64,000 nucleotides of DNA, from assembly GCF_006345805.1 (NCBI RefSeq), contig NC_043004.1, positions 104,160,001 through 104,224,000 on the forward strand, written 5' to 3'. Source of the DNA: Octopus sinensis. Taxonomy: Eukaryota. Under the pieces are notes generated by a model, which worked only from the letters and a program-made list of their open reading frames with translations, had not been told where the DNA came from and did no database searches. Of this stretch, positions 12,434-25,688 are shown in pieces. Position numbers and translations under genes: made by a program. The number at the start of each line of letters is the position of its first letter. The first letter of the stretch is position 1.

Positions 12434-12498
12434 TTTGAGCTGATGAAGGAAATGTTGATCTTTATATTCAACTAATCCAGAAACGGGCTGTTCTCAGG
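12434..12498 (+). ncRNA. Type-I hammerhead-like motif with extended stem II (family C)
   Basis: UUUGAG-CUGAUGA-AGGAAAU-GUUGA(loop)UCAAC-UAAUCCA-GAAAC-GGGCU-GUU/CUCAGG; 10.1:11.1 pair mismatched. Confidence 0.4.
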
Positions 12499-12716
12499 TA
12501 ATCTTATATACGTGTGATCTTTCGTTATTTTTCCCTCTGCACCTGTGTGAGTTATTTTTGAGTATGCATTGTCTGGGAGATTTTTCTTACATTAGAAGAA
12601 ATAGCTAAGATTTTTGGCTGCTATTTCTAAAAAGTTCGGTGTGTGGTAAAGTAAACTATTTTACTGAACCCTATTTTTATAACGTATATATATATATGGA
12701 TTAACTATATATATAT

Positions 12717-12900
12717 ATAAGATGGTGTTGAAAAATTCCTATCTTTGGATAAAAGGAGACACAGGAGGATAAGTTAATTATGGTTTTATTCAACATATTC
12801 TTCTCTCAGATTCACACACTTATTGCAACGGTCCTTCGGTTTTTCTAAGCCCGGTAAAAGAACTCAGAAGGTTGGGCCTTGAACCAGGCCTATTGCAATA
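12717..12900 (-). mobile_element. mariner transposon 3' end (transposase C-terminus plus TIR remnant)
   Basis: Minus strand GLRKPKDRCNKCVNLREEYVE* (stop 12786-12788), resembling mariner C-termini; TA-flanked terminus. Confidence 0.75.
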
Positions 12901-12927
12901 CCCTTAAAGCCAGGAACTATGTATAGT

Positions 12928-12987
<60 letters not shown>

Positions 12988-13489
12988 CTGTCTGACAGGT
13001 AGACAGATAGGTGTTCAGACAGCTAAACAGACAGACAGACAGAGAGATTGACCAATTGCTTAGTTGTTTCAGCTGTTCATTGAAAAATCAAACTTAATGT
13101 TTTTCTTTTGTTAGTGCTACTGTTGTCGTTGTTGTTGCTGCTGCTGCTGCTGCTGTTGAAGATGATGATGATGATGATGATGTAGATCTAGCAACAGCAG
13201 TAATTGGACATATTCAGAGATTAAAGTGGATTTAAAGAAGTTAAGGAGATAATCTCATGAATATCTTCTTAAGTCTTTTATGTGGGGCAGTGGCAGTGGT
13301 GGCGGTGGCGGCAGCAGTGGGGGGGGGCAGTGGGGGTGGAAGAGGTGGTGGCAGGGGGAGGGTGACGGTGGTGTAGGAGGCTATTTGGACATTTTTAAGC
13401 CTCCCAAAAGGAAATAAAAACAAAATGCTAAGGTGTTTTTGAAAATACATTTATTTTTGGGCCTGAAGCAATATGAGAAGGAAAGAATC

Positions 13490-14947
13490 ACAATGTATTC
13501 ACACATGTACACACACACACACACACACACACACGTATGCACACACATGCACTTTACACACATTCACTAACATGTATTACATACACACATGCATTTACAT
13601 ATATGTATGTACATCACTGTCGCACATCAGCATACATGTGCTTGCCATACATATTCATATGCACACGTGCAATCATAACCATGCACATATATACATACAC
13701 ACACACACACACAAGCATACACAGACCTGCGTATATATGCGTATATATGCGTATACATAAATCCCTATTTGCACATATGCATACGCATAAACAGATAAGT
13801 AGATTTGCGATTCACATGCAGACATAGGCATGTAGCCATCTGTGTATGTTTGTAGATATACGCAGCTGTATGTAAGTATATAGACACATGCATGGCTCTA
13901 CATGTACAGCCACACACACATTTACACACATGCAGAAATGTGCATCAACAAACACAATTACACACAAATAAACACACAATACAGAAGCACGTAGACACCT
14001 ATGTATGCATAAATGCATGTTCACTGATATACAGATGTATATATGTGTGTACATACAAATCTATATGCATGTACACACTCACACACACACATATATACAT
14101 ATACATACTCACACACACACCCATACATACGCACGCACACATACACACACTCCATTCACACACTCTATTCATACTCAACTATATACACTCTCTCATTTTG
14201 TTTCTCTCTATCTCACACCCTCTGTCCTTCTCTGTCCTTCTCTCCCCCTCTCTCTTTCTTCTTCTTCTTCTTCTTCTTCCTCTCTCTCTCTGCTCTCCCT
14301 CTCACCGTCTCTTTATCTCTCACAACCTCCACTCATTCAGATACACTCTCTTTCTTTCCCTCCCTTACCCTTTCTCACACATACTCTCTCTCTCTCTCCC
14401 TCTATCTGTATTCATTCACATTGAACTCTCTCACTAACTCTCTTGCTCTCTCTCTCTCACACACACACTCATACAAAACACACACACATATACACACACA
14501 CTCACACATACACACACACATACAAAACACACGCACACACACACTCATACAACACACACACACATACAAAACACACACACACACACACTCATACATACAC
14601 ACACACACATACAAAACACACACACATATACACACACACTCACACATACACACACACATACAAAACACACACACACATACACACACACTCACACATGCAT
14701 ACACACATACATACACACACATATACACACACACTCACACATACACACACATATACACACACACTCACACATACACACACACATGCAAAACACACACACA
14801 CACACACACTCATACATACACACATACAAAACACACACACATATACACACACACTCACACATACACACACACATACAAAACATACACACACACACACTCA
14901 TACATACACACACACGTACAAAACACACACACATATACACACACACT

Positions 14948-15005
<58 letters not shown>
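13490..15005. repeat. CA/CT-rich low-complexity and minisatellite tract
   Basis: Repeated cacacacatacaaaacacacacacatatacacacacact units; source of HTHT ORFs. Confidence 0.9.
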
Positions 15006-15006
<1 letters not shown>

Positions 15007-16344
15007 CTGCACAGAAACAGCTCCACAGTTTTCTGATGATGCAAACTAAACTCTAAAGAATTAATAAACTTGCCTGCAAAATTCTAAATCTGTTTATTCT
15101 GCACAACTTAAAGATGAGTTTTAGTTTAGTTTTCTTTTTTTTATGTAAATATTTCTTAGAATTAGATATTCTCATGATTTCAATTTAGTTGAAGGTAGGA
15201 AGAAGAAGGAGAAGAAGAACCTATAATTAAACCTAACTTCTCTGCACACTCTCAGGAACTGATCCTCTCTTCTGCCTGGTCTTACTCAACAAGTACAGGA
15301 AATCAATGTTCTAACTATGGTTATAGAACAACAGTGGCCAAACTGCAGCTCATTAACCAATTTATGCTGTTCATGAGATGATATAGGGTTTCAGGGTTGT
15401 TTTTTTTTTATCCTACAACAGCTTTGACATCCGACCAGCTGGATTTTAAAGTATTAACAGTCATAAATGAAGGCTCAATAAAATCCTTCAACAAGTAGAG
15501 ATTAATAAATAAACTTTAGTGAGTAAAACCATGTGACTGGATATTTTCGTATTTATGAATATAATTTTACCCTTTATCCCCATCTCTGTCCATCTGCCAC
15601 TCTCAACCCCAACAAACTTCTTATTATCATCATCATTTAGCATCCGCTTTCCATGCTGGCATGGATTAGACGGTTCAACTGGAACTGATCAGCAAGAGAG
15701 CTGCACCGGGTTCCAGTCTGATTTTGGCTTGGTTTATATAGCTGGATGCCCATTCTAATGCCAACCACTCCACCTTCATCACACTTCACCATTATCACAT
15801 CATCATCACACTCCATAGCAACCACACTATTACTTCGCCATCACACTTATTAAAGCACTATGCTTATTTCCATAGCTATCACTAGGACCAAATTGATACA
15901 GAGCTGCGTAAAAAAGTGCTGATCTTTAATTGTGGAAGTAACCTGTGAAAGAGGTTGAGCCATGAGGACGTGGGAGAAGTTGGTGTAATGTGACCTCCAG
16001 TTGTTGAGCTTCATGGGGGTGATGACAAGGGACTGAGACTTCTGGCAAATTGCTGTGCTTGAGAAGATACATCGAGCTAAGTGAAATCGTGGTCATGACC
16101 AGTGCTGGGGATGCGTGAATGGCACACTTACTGATGATGCATAAAAGGCACCTGTGCTGGTGACACATAAGAAGCACCCAGTGCACTCTGTGGAGTGGTT
16201 GACATTAGGTAAGGCATCCAGTGATAGAAACCGAGTTAAAACAGACATCTGGAGCCTGGTGCAGCTACCTGGCTTACCATCTCCAGTCAAACCATCTAAT
16301 CCGTGCCAGGATGGAAAACGGATGTTAAATAATGATGATGTGGT

Positions 16345-16712
16345 AAGAAGCTTGCTTCTGAACCACATGATTCCAGGTTCAGTCCCACTGCATGGTACCT
16401 TGGGCAAGTGTCTTCTACTATAGCCTCAGGCTCACCAAAGGCTTGTGAGTGAATCTGGTAGACGGAAACTGAAAGAAGCCCGTCATATATATATGTATAT
16501 GTTTGTATGTTTGTGTTTGTCCCCCTACCATCACTTAACAACTGATGTTAGTGCATTTATGTCCCTGTAAGTTAGCAGTCCAGCAAAAGAGACTGATAGA
16601 ATAAGTACTAGGCTTACAAAGAATAAGTCCTAGGGTTGATTTCTTCGACTAAAAGGCGGTGGTCCAGCATGGCCACAGTCAAATGACTGAAACAAATAAA
16701 AGAATAAAAGAA
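16345..16712 (+). mobile_element. tRNA-derived SINE S1, near full length
   Basis: Head, internal (TA)/(TG) microsatellite and tail ggcggtggtccagcatggccacagtcaaatgactgaaacaaataaaag. Confidence 0.8.
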
Positions 16713-17570
16713 TGATGACAATGATTAGTATTGGACCCTTGCATCCTTTGGGGCCTCCGGACAAATACCCATCATACTCATACTTTAAAATGGTACTTGG
16801 CTATCGCCAAATGTCCCGAACAAACATCATACCCCAGCTATTTTGCCTTTCATCCTTTCGGGGTTGATAAATTAAGTACCAGTTACGCACTGGGGTCAAT
16901 CTAATCAACTTAATCCGTTTGTCTGTCCTTGTTTGTCCTCTCTGTGTTTAGCCCCTTGTGGGTAGTAAAGATATATATATCGTCATAACCGTATGACCAC
17001 CATACTTCCATGGTTACTACCACAACCCTCTAACTATTATCTTTAACACAATCACAATTATTACTATACCACTACACTAGTAAAAGCCACTGCCACCACT
17101 ACCACCACTACCACCATCACTACTACCACCACCACTGCTGCCACCGCCGCCACCATCTTCAATCCGGTCATTAGAACTATTACAGTGCTTAAGACACTGG
17201 TGTGTCTTGTACGGTTCAATTAAAACTAAGATTTCTCTTTCTTTCTTTCTTGAGGTTTTTTTTTTTTTGTTTTTGGTGTTTGTTAATAATATTAGATTCT
17301 TCTTTAAACTGAGTGAGAAAGAAAGAAAAAGATTATAAGATTAATTGGCACTTAGCAATTGAAGAGATTGTGTGGCACTAACGACTGACTGCATTAATAG
17401 GTATCAGATGTTAGCTGAAGGACAACCACTAAAGGAAAATAGAAAAAAGAAAAAAAACTTCTACTCAGTTAAAAGATGACTTTTGAAACACTTAAAGATA
17501 AAATGAAGATAGTCCTTAACTGGAAATATAGTGCAAAGCTGCCTCAGCACCACACTCAGAGATGATGATG

Positions 17571-17646
<76 letters not shown>

Positions 17647-17659
17647 CAACAACAACAAC

Positions 17660-17690
<31 letters not shown>

Positions 17691-17719
17691 GTAATAGTAA
17701 TAATAATAACAATTACAAT

Positions 17720-18118
17720 AGGTGCAGGCATGGCTGTTTGGTAAGAAGCTTGCTTACCAACCACATGGTTCCAGGTTCAGTCCCACTGCGTTGCGCCTTG
17801 GGCAACTGTCTTTTACTACAGCCTCGGGCTGACCAAAGCCTTATGAGTCTATTTGGTAGTCGGAAACTGAAAGAAGCCCATCATATATATATATGTGTGT
17901 GTCTGTGTGTGTTTGTGTGTCTGTGTTTTGTACTTCCACCATCACTTGACAATAAATGCTGGTGAGTTTACGTAACTTAGCAGTTTGGCAAAAGAGGCCG
18001 ATAGAATAAAAACTAGGCTTATAAAGAATAAGTCCTGGGGTCGATTTGTTCGACTAAAGGGGGTGCTCCAGCATGGCCACAGCCAAAAGACTGAAACAAA
18101 TAAAAGAATAAAAGAATA
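17720..18118 (+). mobile_element. tRNA-derived SINE S1, full length
   Basis: ggtgcaggcatggctgtttggtaagaag head through ctgaaacaaataaaagaataaaagaata tail. Confidence 0.8.
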
Positions 18119-18134
18119 ACAACAACAATAATAA

Positions 18135-18635
18135 TAATGGTTTCAAATTTTGGTACAAGGCCAACAAATTTGGGGAATTAGGTTAGTTAATTACAAAGCT
18201 TGAATTTTTAAGGGACGGGTCTAGTTTATTACATCAATCCCAGTGTTTCCCTGGTGCTTAATTTACCAACCCCAAAAGGATGAAAGGCAAAGTCGACCTT
18301 GGCAGAATTTGAACTCAGAATGAAGCAACAGATAAAATACCACTAAGCATTTCACCAGGCATGCTAATGATCCTGCTGGTAGCAATGAATTTTTTGTTAT
18401 TGGCCACAATAATAATAATAATTATTCTATCTATTATAGGCATAAGGCCTGAAATTTCGTGGGAGGTGGGGCCAGTCGATTAGATCGAGCCCAGTATGAA
18501 ACTGGTACTTAATTTATCAACCCCTAAAGGATGAAAGGCAAAGTCAACTTTGGTGGAATTTGAACTCAGAATGTAAAGGTAGAGGAAACACCACAAAGCA
18601 TTTCGCCTGGCGGGCTAATGATTCTGCCAGCAGCA
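18135..18635 (-). mobile_element. Two tandem copies of tRNA-derived SINE S2
   Basis: gctggcagaatcattagc...ttctgagttcaaattc(c/t)gccaaggtcgactttgcctttcatcc...gccttgt(g/a)cc with (TTA)n tail; other copies at 20030-20225, 20515-20675, 23155-23290, 30185-30382, 31640-31855, 43990-44145. Confidence 0.75.
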
Positions 18636-18667
18636 ATGATTTTTTTTATTGGTCACAATAATAGTTT

Positions 18668-18711
<44 letters not shown>

Positions 18712-18715
18712 ACCT

Positions 18716-19204
18716 TGTACATTGTTTTGTCTTGGTATAAAAGATGGGCTACAGCAAATATTCTGCTCAGTACCACAGATTTGCTTGTCAGTTGTTTGAC
18801 CTTAACCAGTTGAGCATGTCCCTTAGTGGCTGACGATATGTGCATCTCTGATCATGAGCAGAAGTAGTGGGGGAGCATCATAGCCATGTGTTGAAGGGAA
18901 TTCTTTGGGGGTTTGAATAATTCACCCCTGGAAACATGGGTGTTTCGTTCAACATCCTTAAACAATCCTTATTCAGAGACCTTTTGAGTGGGATGGGTTA
19001 CTCAACCAGAAGAAAATTCTAACTGAGCCCCAATTTGCAAAGTCATGCGCTGTTTATCTTGATATGAGATCACCATGTCGTGCACATATGGTTGTGATGC
19101 ATGTGCCTAGTGTACCCTTATCAGATGATGTCATGATGGGTATACTGGATTTCGTATATTTTACCCCAGTGTCATTTTGATGGCATGAACTGCTCTCTTA
19201 CTCA
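18716..19204 (+). mobile_element. About 500-bp non-coding (TAA)n-tailed repeat, copy 1
   Basis: High similarity to 19478-20000 and 57672-58178; ends ctctc(t/a)cactcaa followed by (TAA)n. Confidence 0.75.
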
Positions 19205-19340
19205 AAAATAATAATAATAATAATATAATAATAATAATTATAATAATAATAATAATAATATAATAATAATAATATAATAATAATATAATAATAATATAAT
19301 AATAATAATAATAATGATAATAATAATAATAATAATAATA

Positions 19341-19375
<35 letters not shown>

Positions 19376-19477
19376 ATGATGATGATGATGATGATGATGA
19401 TAATAATATATAATAATAATAATATAATAATAATAATAATAATAATAACAACAACAACAACAATTACAATAATAATA

Positions 19478-20000
19478 AATTCTCTGATGCAGTACCAGGC
19501 AGTGGCTTTCATGACTTTTGATCTTAACTGATTGGAAGTGTTTTGTCTTGGTATAAAAGATGGGCTACAGCAAATATTCTGCTCAATACCTCAGATTTGC
19601 TTGTCAGTTGTTTGACCATAACCAGTTGAGCATGTCACTTAGTGGCTGACGATATGTGCATCTCTAAGTAGTAGGGGAGTATCACAGCCATGTGCTGAAA
19701 GGAATTCTTTGCGGTTTGGATAATTCACCTTTGGAAACATGAGTGTTTCGTTCAAGATCTTTAAACAACCCTTATTCAAGGACCTTTTGAGCGGGATGGG
19801 GTAGTCGACCAGAAGAAAATTCTACCTAGCCCCACCTGCAAGGTCATGCACTGTTTATCTTGATATGAGATCACCATGTTGCGCATATATGGTTGAGATG
19901 CATGTGCCTTATCAGATGGGTAGTCATGATGGGTATACTGGGCTTTATATATTTGTTCCCTAGTGTCACTTTGATGGAAAGGCACTACTCTCTCACTCAA
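19478..20000 (+). mobile_element. About 500-bp non-coding (TAA)n-tailed repeat, copy 2 (internal deletions)
   Basis: Begins ctgatgcagtaccaggcagtggc; its 5' piece is also seen reversed at 29700-29767. Confidence 0.75.
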
Positions 20001-20269
20001 TTATAACAACAACAACAACAACAACAATAATAACAATCCTTTCTACTATAGCCATAAGGCCACCATGTTCAAGTGAAAGGGTTAGTCAACTACATTAGTC
20101 TCTGAACTCAACTGGGACTTATTTTATCAACACCAAAAAGATGAAACAAAAATTCAACCTCAGCCTGAAGGAATGCTGCTAAATATTTTGCCCAATGTGG
20201 TAACAATTCTGCCAGCTCATTGCTTTTTTTATAATAATAATAATAATGATAATAATGATAATAATAATA

Positions 20270-20320
<51 letters not shown>

Positions 20321-20323
<3 letters not shown>

Positions 20324-20492
20324 ACATATAACATACAGAAAATTGCACTACTAGGCACTGCACACATCCTACGCAGAACACTTTCCATACAATAACCATC
20401 AGAGCATCACAACAAATCACAACATATACCCAAGGCACACAGAGCTGCGCTCGGTAGTGAAGTGAAAGCACACTATAAAAAATATACTACTG
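20321..20492 (+). mobile_element. R4/Dong-type 3' end (same subfamily as 6170-6606) in (TAA)n
   Basis: YNIQKIALLGTAHILRRTLSIQ* plus 3'UTR cacagagctgcgctcggtagtgaagtgaaagcac; TAA flanks. Confidence 0.85.
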
Positions 20493-21667
20493 AATAATAA
20501 CAATAATAATAATAATAATCCTTTCTACTGGAAACACAAGGCCTCAAATTTCTTTTATTGATCCTGAAAGACAAAGTCAACCACAGCAGAATTTGAACTC
20601 AGAATGTGAAGACGGACGAAATACCACTAAGGATTTCATCTGGCATGCTAATGATTCTGCCATCTTGCTGCCTTAAAGATGATGATGATGATGATGATGA
20701 TGACAACAATGACGATGACGACGATGATGATGACGACCACAATGACGATGACCATGACGACAATGACGACGAAAATAAATAAGAAGAATAGCAATTTTAA
20801 GAAAGTGCTTTGTGACATAGAAACCTGGTCTGGGAAAGATTTAATTAGATAAAATCTTAATAACATACTTTCTAGATGTAACTAGATTGAACATTAGACT
20901 TGTTTCTTTGAAAACAATGAAGAAAATGGCATATATTCTTCAGGTTTGGAAAAAGCATGTCAGAGAAAAGAAAAAAAAAGAAATGTAATCCAAATATAAC
21001 AACAAAAACCCCATAACTATTTTTATCTTTTACTTGCTTCAGTCATCAGACTGTGGGCAGGGTGGGGCACCACCTTGAGGTATCTTAGTTGAATGAACCA
21101 GCCTCAGTGTTTAATTTTTATTTTTTTTATTTTAAGACTGGTACTTATTCTATGACTCTTTTTTCCAAACTGCTGAGTTATGAGAATGTAAACACACCAA
21201 CACCGGTTGTCAAGCAGTGGTGGGGACAAATACAAACACAAGCACACACACACATACATATATATGTGTGTGTGTAAATATATATATATTGGCACGTAAA
21301 AAGCAGGTGGCATGTAAAAAGCACCCACTACACTCACAGAGTGGTTGGCGTTAGGAAGGGCATCCAGCTGTAGAAACACTGCCAGATAAGACTGGAGCCT
21401 GGTGCAGCCTTCTGGCTTTCCAGATCCCCGGTCGAACCGTCCAACCCATGCTAGCATGGAGAACGGACGTTAAACGATGATGATGATGATGATGATGATA
21501 TATAATGGAAAAATTATACAAAATGTATAAATGGATGATGAATAAAGCACCAGCACCGTTTCAGTTCCCTGTTGTTAGCTGTAGGTTTATTGCAGGGACA
21601 CCATAGTGGTGGTTGGGGTAACAGTATTAATAAAATGGGAGATGGAATGAGTAAAATATGTCATTAG

Positions 21668-21709
21668 GTATGACACATGTTTCAACCCGTTCTGGGTTCC
21701 TTCAGGTAC
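21668..21709 (-). ncRNA. Degenerate minimal type-I hammerhead-like motif (family D)
   Basis: Minus: GUAC-CUGAAGG-AACCC(AGAAC)GGGUU-GAAAC-AUGU-GUC/AUAC; perfect 5-bp stem II, palindrome ACAUGU; A9>G and a CpG-type change in stem I. Confidence 0.45.
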
Positions 21710-22113
21710 AATCAATAAAAAAAGTCTTACTAGAGATTTTCTGATTCAGTTTTACATACCTCTATATGTCCATCATCTTTGAGAAAGAGTAAAAAACAGA
21801 GAAAAATTACACACACACACATACATATATATTGGCTGAAGCCAGTGCCGCCTCGACTGGCTTCCGTGCAGGTGGCACGTAAAATGCACCAATGCGACCG
21901 TGGCCGATGCCAGCCTCGCCTGGCTCCAGTGCAGGTGGCACGTAAAAAGCACCCACTACACTCACAGAGTGGTTGGCATTAGGAAGGGCATCCAGCTGTA
22001 GAAACATTGCCAGATAAGACCGGAGCCTGGTGCAGCCTTCTGGCTTCCCAGATCCCCGGTCGAACCGTCCAACCCATGCTAGCATGGAAAACGAACGTTA
22101 AACGATGATGATG

Positions 22114-22146
<33 letters not shown>

Positions 22147-22261
22147 GCTTCTTTCACCCTTTAGAGGTCAGTGAAATAAGTACCATTACGTACTGGGGTC
22201 GATGTAGTCAATTTGTCCCTCCTCCCAAACCTCAGACCTTGTGCCTATAGTAGAAAAGATT

Positions 22262-22630
22262 ATAACCTCCACCTTGGTGAAGGTGGAGGTATTGTTTCAG
22301 TTGTGTTTGTTTGTTTGTTTGTCCATGGACAAGATGTCTCAAGAACAGCTGGATGGATTTGGATGAAACTTTCAGAGATGTTTGACCTTGTTACTGGCAC
22401 AAACTGATTAGATTTTGGGATCGATCCAGTACCAGACAAGGATTCTGGATAATTTTTCCTGTTTTTTTTACTTAATTTTAAGAGAGTGGTCGGGTTCATA
22501 TTTAGTACTCTCGTTTGTGAGAACAGTCGAGTTTATTTTAGACATTCTCATTTTAAAAATCATTTCTGGCTAATCATTGAGAGGAAGTTGCTGTTGCCTT
22601 GGTGGAGGTTTGCACCCTCTGAGTGCTTCT
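22262..22630 (+). mobile_element. Helentron-associated (HINE/DINE-like) non-autonomous element; second copy about 58808-59155 (-)
   Basis: Terminal hairpin acctccacc-ttggtgaa-ggtggaggt, (GTTT)n, body ggatttggatgaaactttc, end ccttggtggaggtttgcaccctctgagtgcttcta. Confidence 0.55.
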
Positions 22631-24439
22631 ATTATTATTATCCTCATCACAGAGTATGGTGTTGAAGCAGCTTTGTACTATGTTTCCAGTTAAAGATTGT
22701 CTCCTTTTCATCCTTTCAGATTCAATAAAATAAGTACCAGTTGAGCACTGGGGACAATTTAATTGACTTATCCCCTACTCTGAAATTGCTGGCCTTGTGC
22801 CAAAATTTGAAACCAATATTCTGTGTTTATATTCAAATACTGTTGAGGAGGTGATTTGCCTTTCGCACTTTTCTTAATGAGGGCTTTAATTACTTCCGAA
22901 GCACCTGTTCAGTTGACAACCAAGAGGCAGCAGGTTGAATTCCATTCCATAGCATCTTGGATAAATGGCATTTTCTAGAATATTAGAGTAGACAGAAACT
23001 TGCAAAAGATCAGCATCCTGTTCAGTGGGGGATGTTGTGATCTTGGTCACTTGTAAGGCATGGAAACTGTGTAAGCAACTTTTCAAACCCTAGGGCTGAA
23101 GAAAAATTTTAAATACAAAAAAAAAATGGAAACTGCATAAAAACCAATCAAAGCGTAATGGCACTTATTTCACTGACCTCTAAAGGGTGAAAAGCTAAGT
23201 TCACCTTGGCAGAATTTGAACTCAGAATGTAAAGATGGACAAAATGCTACTAAGTATTTCACTCAGTGCACTAATGATTCTGCCAGCTAATAATAATAAT
23301 AATAATAATAATAATAAGGTAGTCTTGTCACATACTGTATCTGTGGAGTATTCAGCCACTTATATGCTAATTCAGTAGCAGATAATTCAGTTGAATCAAA
23401 CAATTAAACACTCACTGCCAAACAACAGATATCTACCACTACCACTACCACCAACACCACCACCACCGACACCATCAACACCACTATTACTACCATCGCT
23501 GTCACTGCCACCATCACCACCACCACCACCACCACTGACATTACCACCACTGCAATCACCATCACCACTTCTATCTCCATGTCACAATCACCACCACCAC
23601 CACCGCCACACCACCACCATCATACCACCACCATCACCATCATACCACCACCAAAACCACCATAGTGCAACAGAAAACGGAAGAACTTTCAGTCGCTACT
23701 GTGAGGATGTAAAGGTTTCTTAGTCTATAGACAATACAGAACCCATGTCAATCATGTGATCAAAATAAGGAAGTTAACTAGAATGTGCACATGTGAATAT
23801 TTCTGCAATGGGAGTGGGAAATGGATAATCCAATTATTCAGTAATTAGTCGACTTATAAAAATATTTATGTTCTAACTGGCATTTCCATTTTGGCTTTAC
23901 ATTTGTTAATTTTAACTAAAAGAACAGCTAGGATCCCTCAAACATCTAAAATGTGTTGACCCATTCACTAATATGCTGAGGTTTTTCCAGCCATTTACTC
24001 ATACATTTAGCAGATTGGTGCTCCTTTAGTTACGATGATGAGGGTTCCAGTTGATCTGATCAATGGAACAGCCTGATTGTGAAATTAACATTCAAGTGGT
24101 TGAGTACTCCACAGACAGACACATATATTAATGTCGTTCTCAGGGAGATTCAGTGTGACACAGAATTTAACAAGGCTGGACCTTTCAAACACAGGTACAA
24201 GTTATTTTTGTTAGTTGAATGGATGTGAAAATACAATGTTTTGCTTAAAGACATAACACACAGCTGAGAATTGAACTCACAACCTTATCATTACAAGCCA
24301 AATGCTCTAACCACACTTCACACTTACTAGATTACAAACATACATACATACATACATACATACATACATACATACATACATAAATACATACATACATACA
24401 TACATATGCACACTTACAAACATTCATACATCCATACAT

Positions 24440-24532
<93 letters not shown>

Positions 24533-24552
24533 GTATATATATTATATATATA

Positions 24553-24626
<74 letters not shown>

Positions 24627-24706
24627 AAATGATATCCCATAGTGGGTTACCCTCATAACCCCTATCTTACTTTGTACTATATATATATATATGTATGTAT
24701 GTGTAT

Positions 24707-24745
<39 letters not shown>

Positions 24746-24790
24746 GTGTGTGTGTGTATATTCATATATGTATATTTATATGTGTATATA

Positions 24791-24832
<42 letters not shown>

Positions 24833-25644
24833 TATATATATATATATATAAATTATTTATATATATTCTTTTATTCCTTTACTTGTTTCAGTCATTTGGC
24901 TGCAGCCATGCTAAAGCACCACCTTTAGTTGAACAGCTCAACCCCAGGAGTTATTCTTTGTAAGCCTAGTACTTATTCTAACCACAGCGCTACTTCTGCA
25001 CCAATACATACATACCCACGCACACACACACACGCACCACACACACACACACACATTTGGGCACTGGGATATGTAACACATTGCCTATCTTGAGAAATTG
25101 GACTTCTCAAACCCAGAAAGGAGAAAGGTGATTTGAAGACTAAAGATCCAAGCCATCACTGGAACCATAAAAATCTGTAAAACTTTCCAGAAGTTTAGCA
25201 TTTAAGTATACATGAGCATGTCTAGATATGCAAATAGAGGCATGAGAAGACATACGTAAAACAAAACATACAAATCTGCACACATACATACATACATACA
25301 TACATACATGCACACATACATACACACATACATACATACATGCACACATACATGCACACACATGTATGTATATGCATGTACGTGTGTATGTAACTATGTA
25401 TATTTTTTAATATTTCCATTTTGCAAACTTTATGATACAAGTGAAATATAAGAAAACATACTCTACAACAGGTATTGAGAACTATTTTCATAATTGTAAA
25501 ACAAAAATAGTATGTGTGCATGTGTGCATGTGTGTGTGTATGTACATGTACATGTGTGCATGCATACACATATATATATGTAAATGAGTATATAAGATAT
25601 ATATTTATATATAAGATATATATATATACATATATAATACATAC

Positions 25645-25688
<44 letters not shown>

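Noticed and set aside
22979-23052. Plus-strand exon candidate NIRVDRNLQKISILFSGGCCDLGH (also 26044-26073 DIKRATDLLQ)
   Set aside because: Weak donor contexts, no recognisable protein and no consistent phase chain
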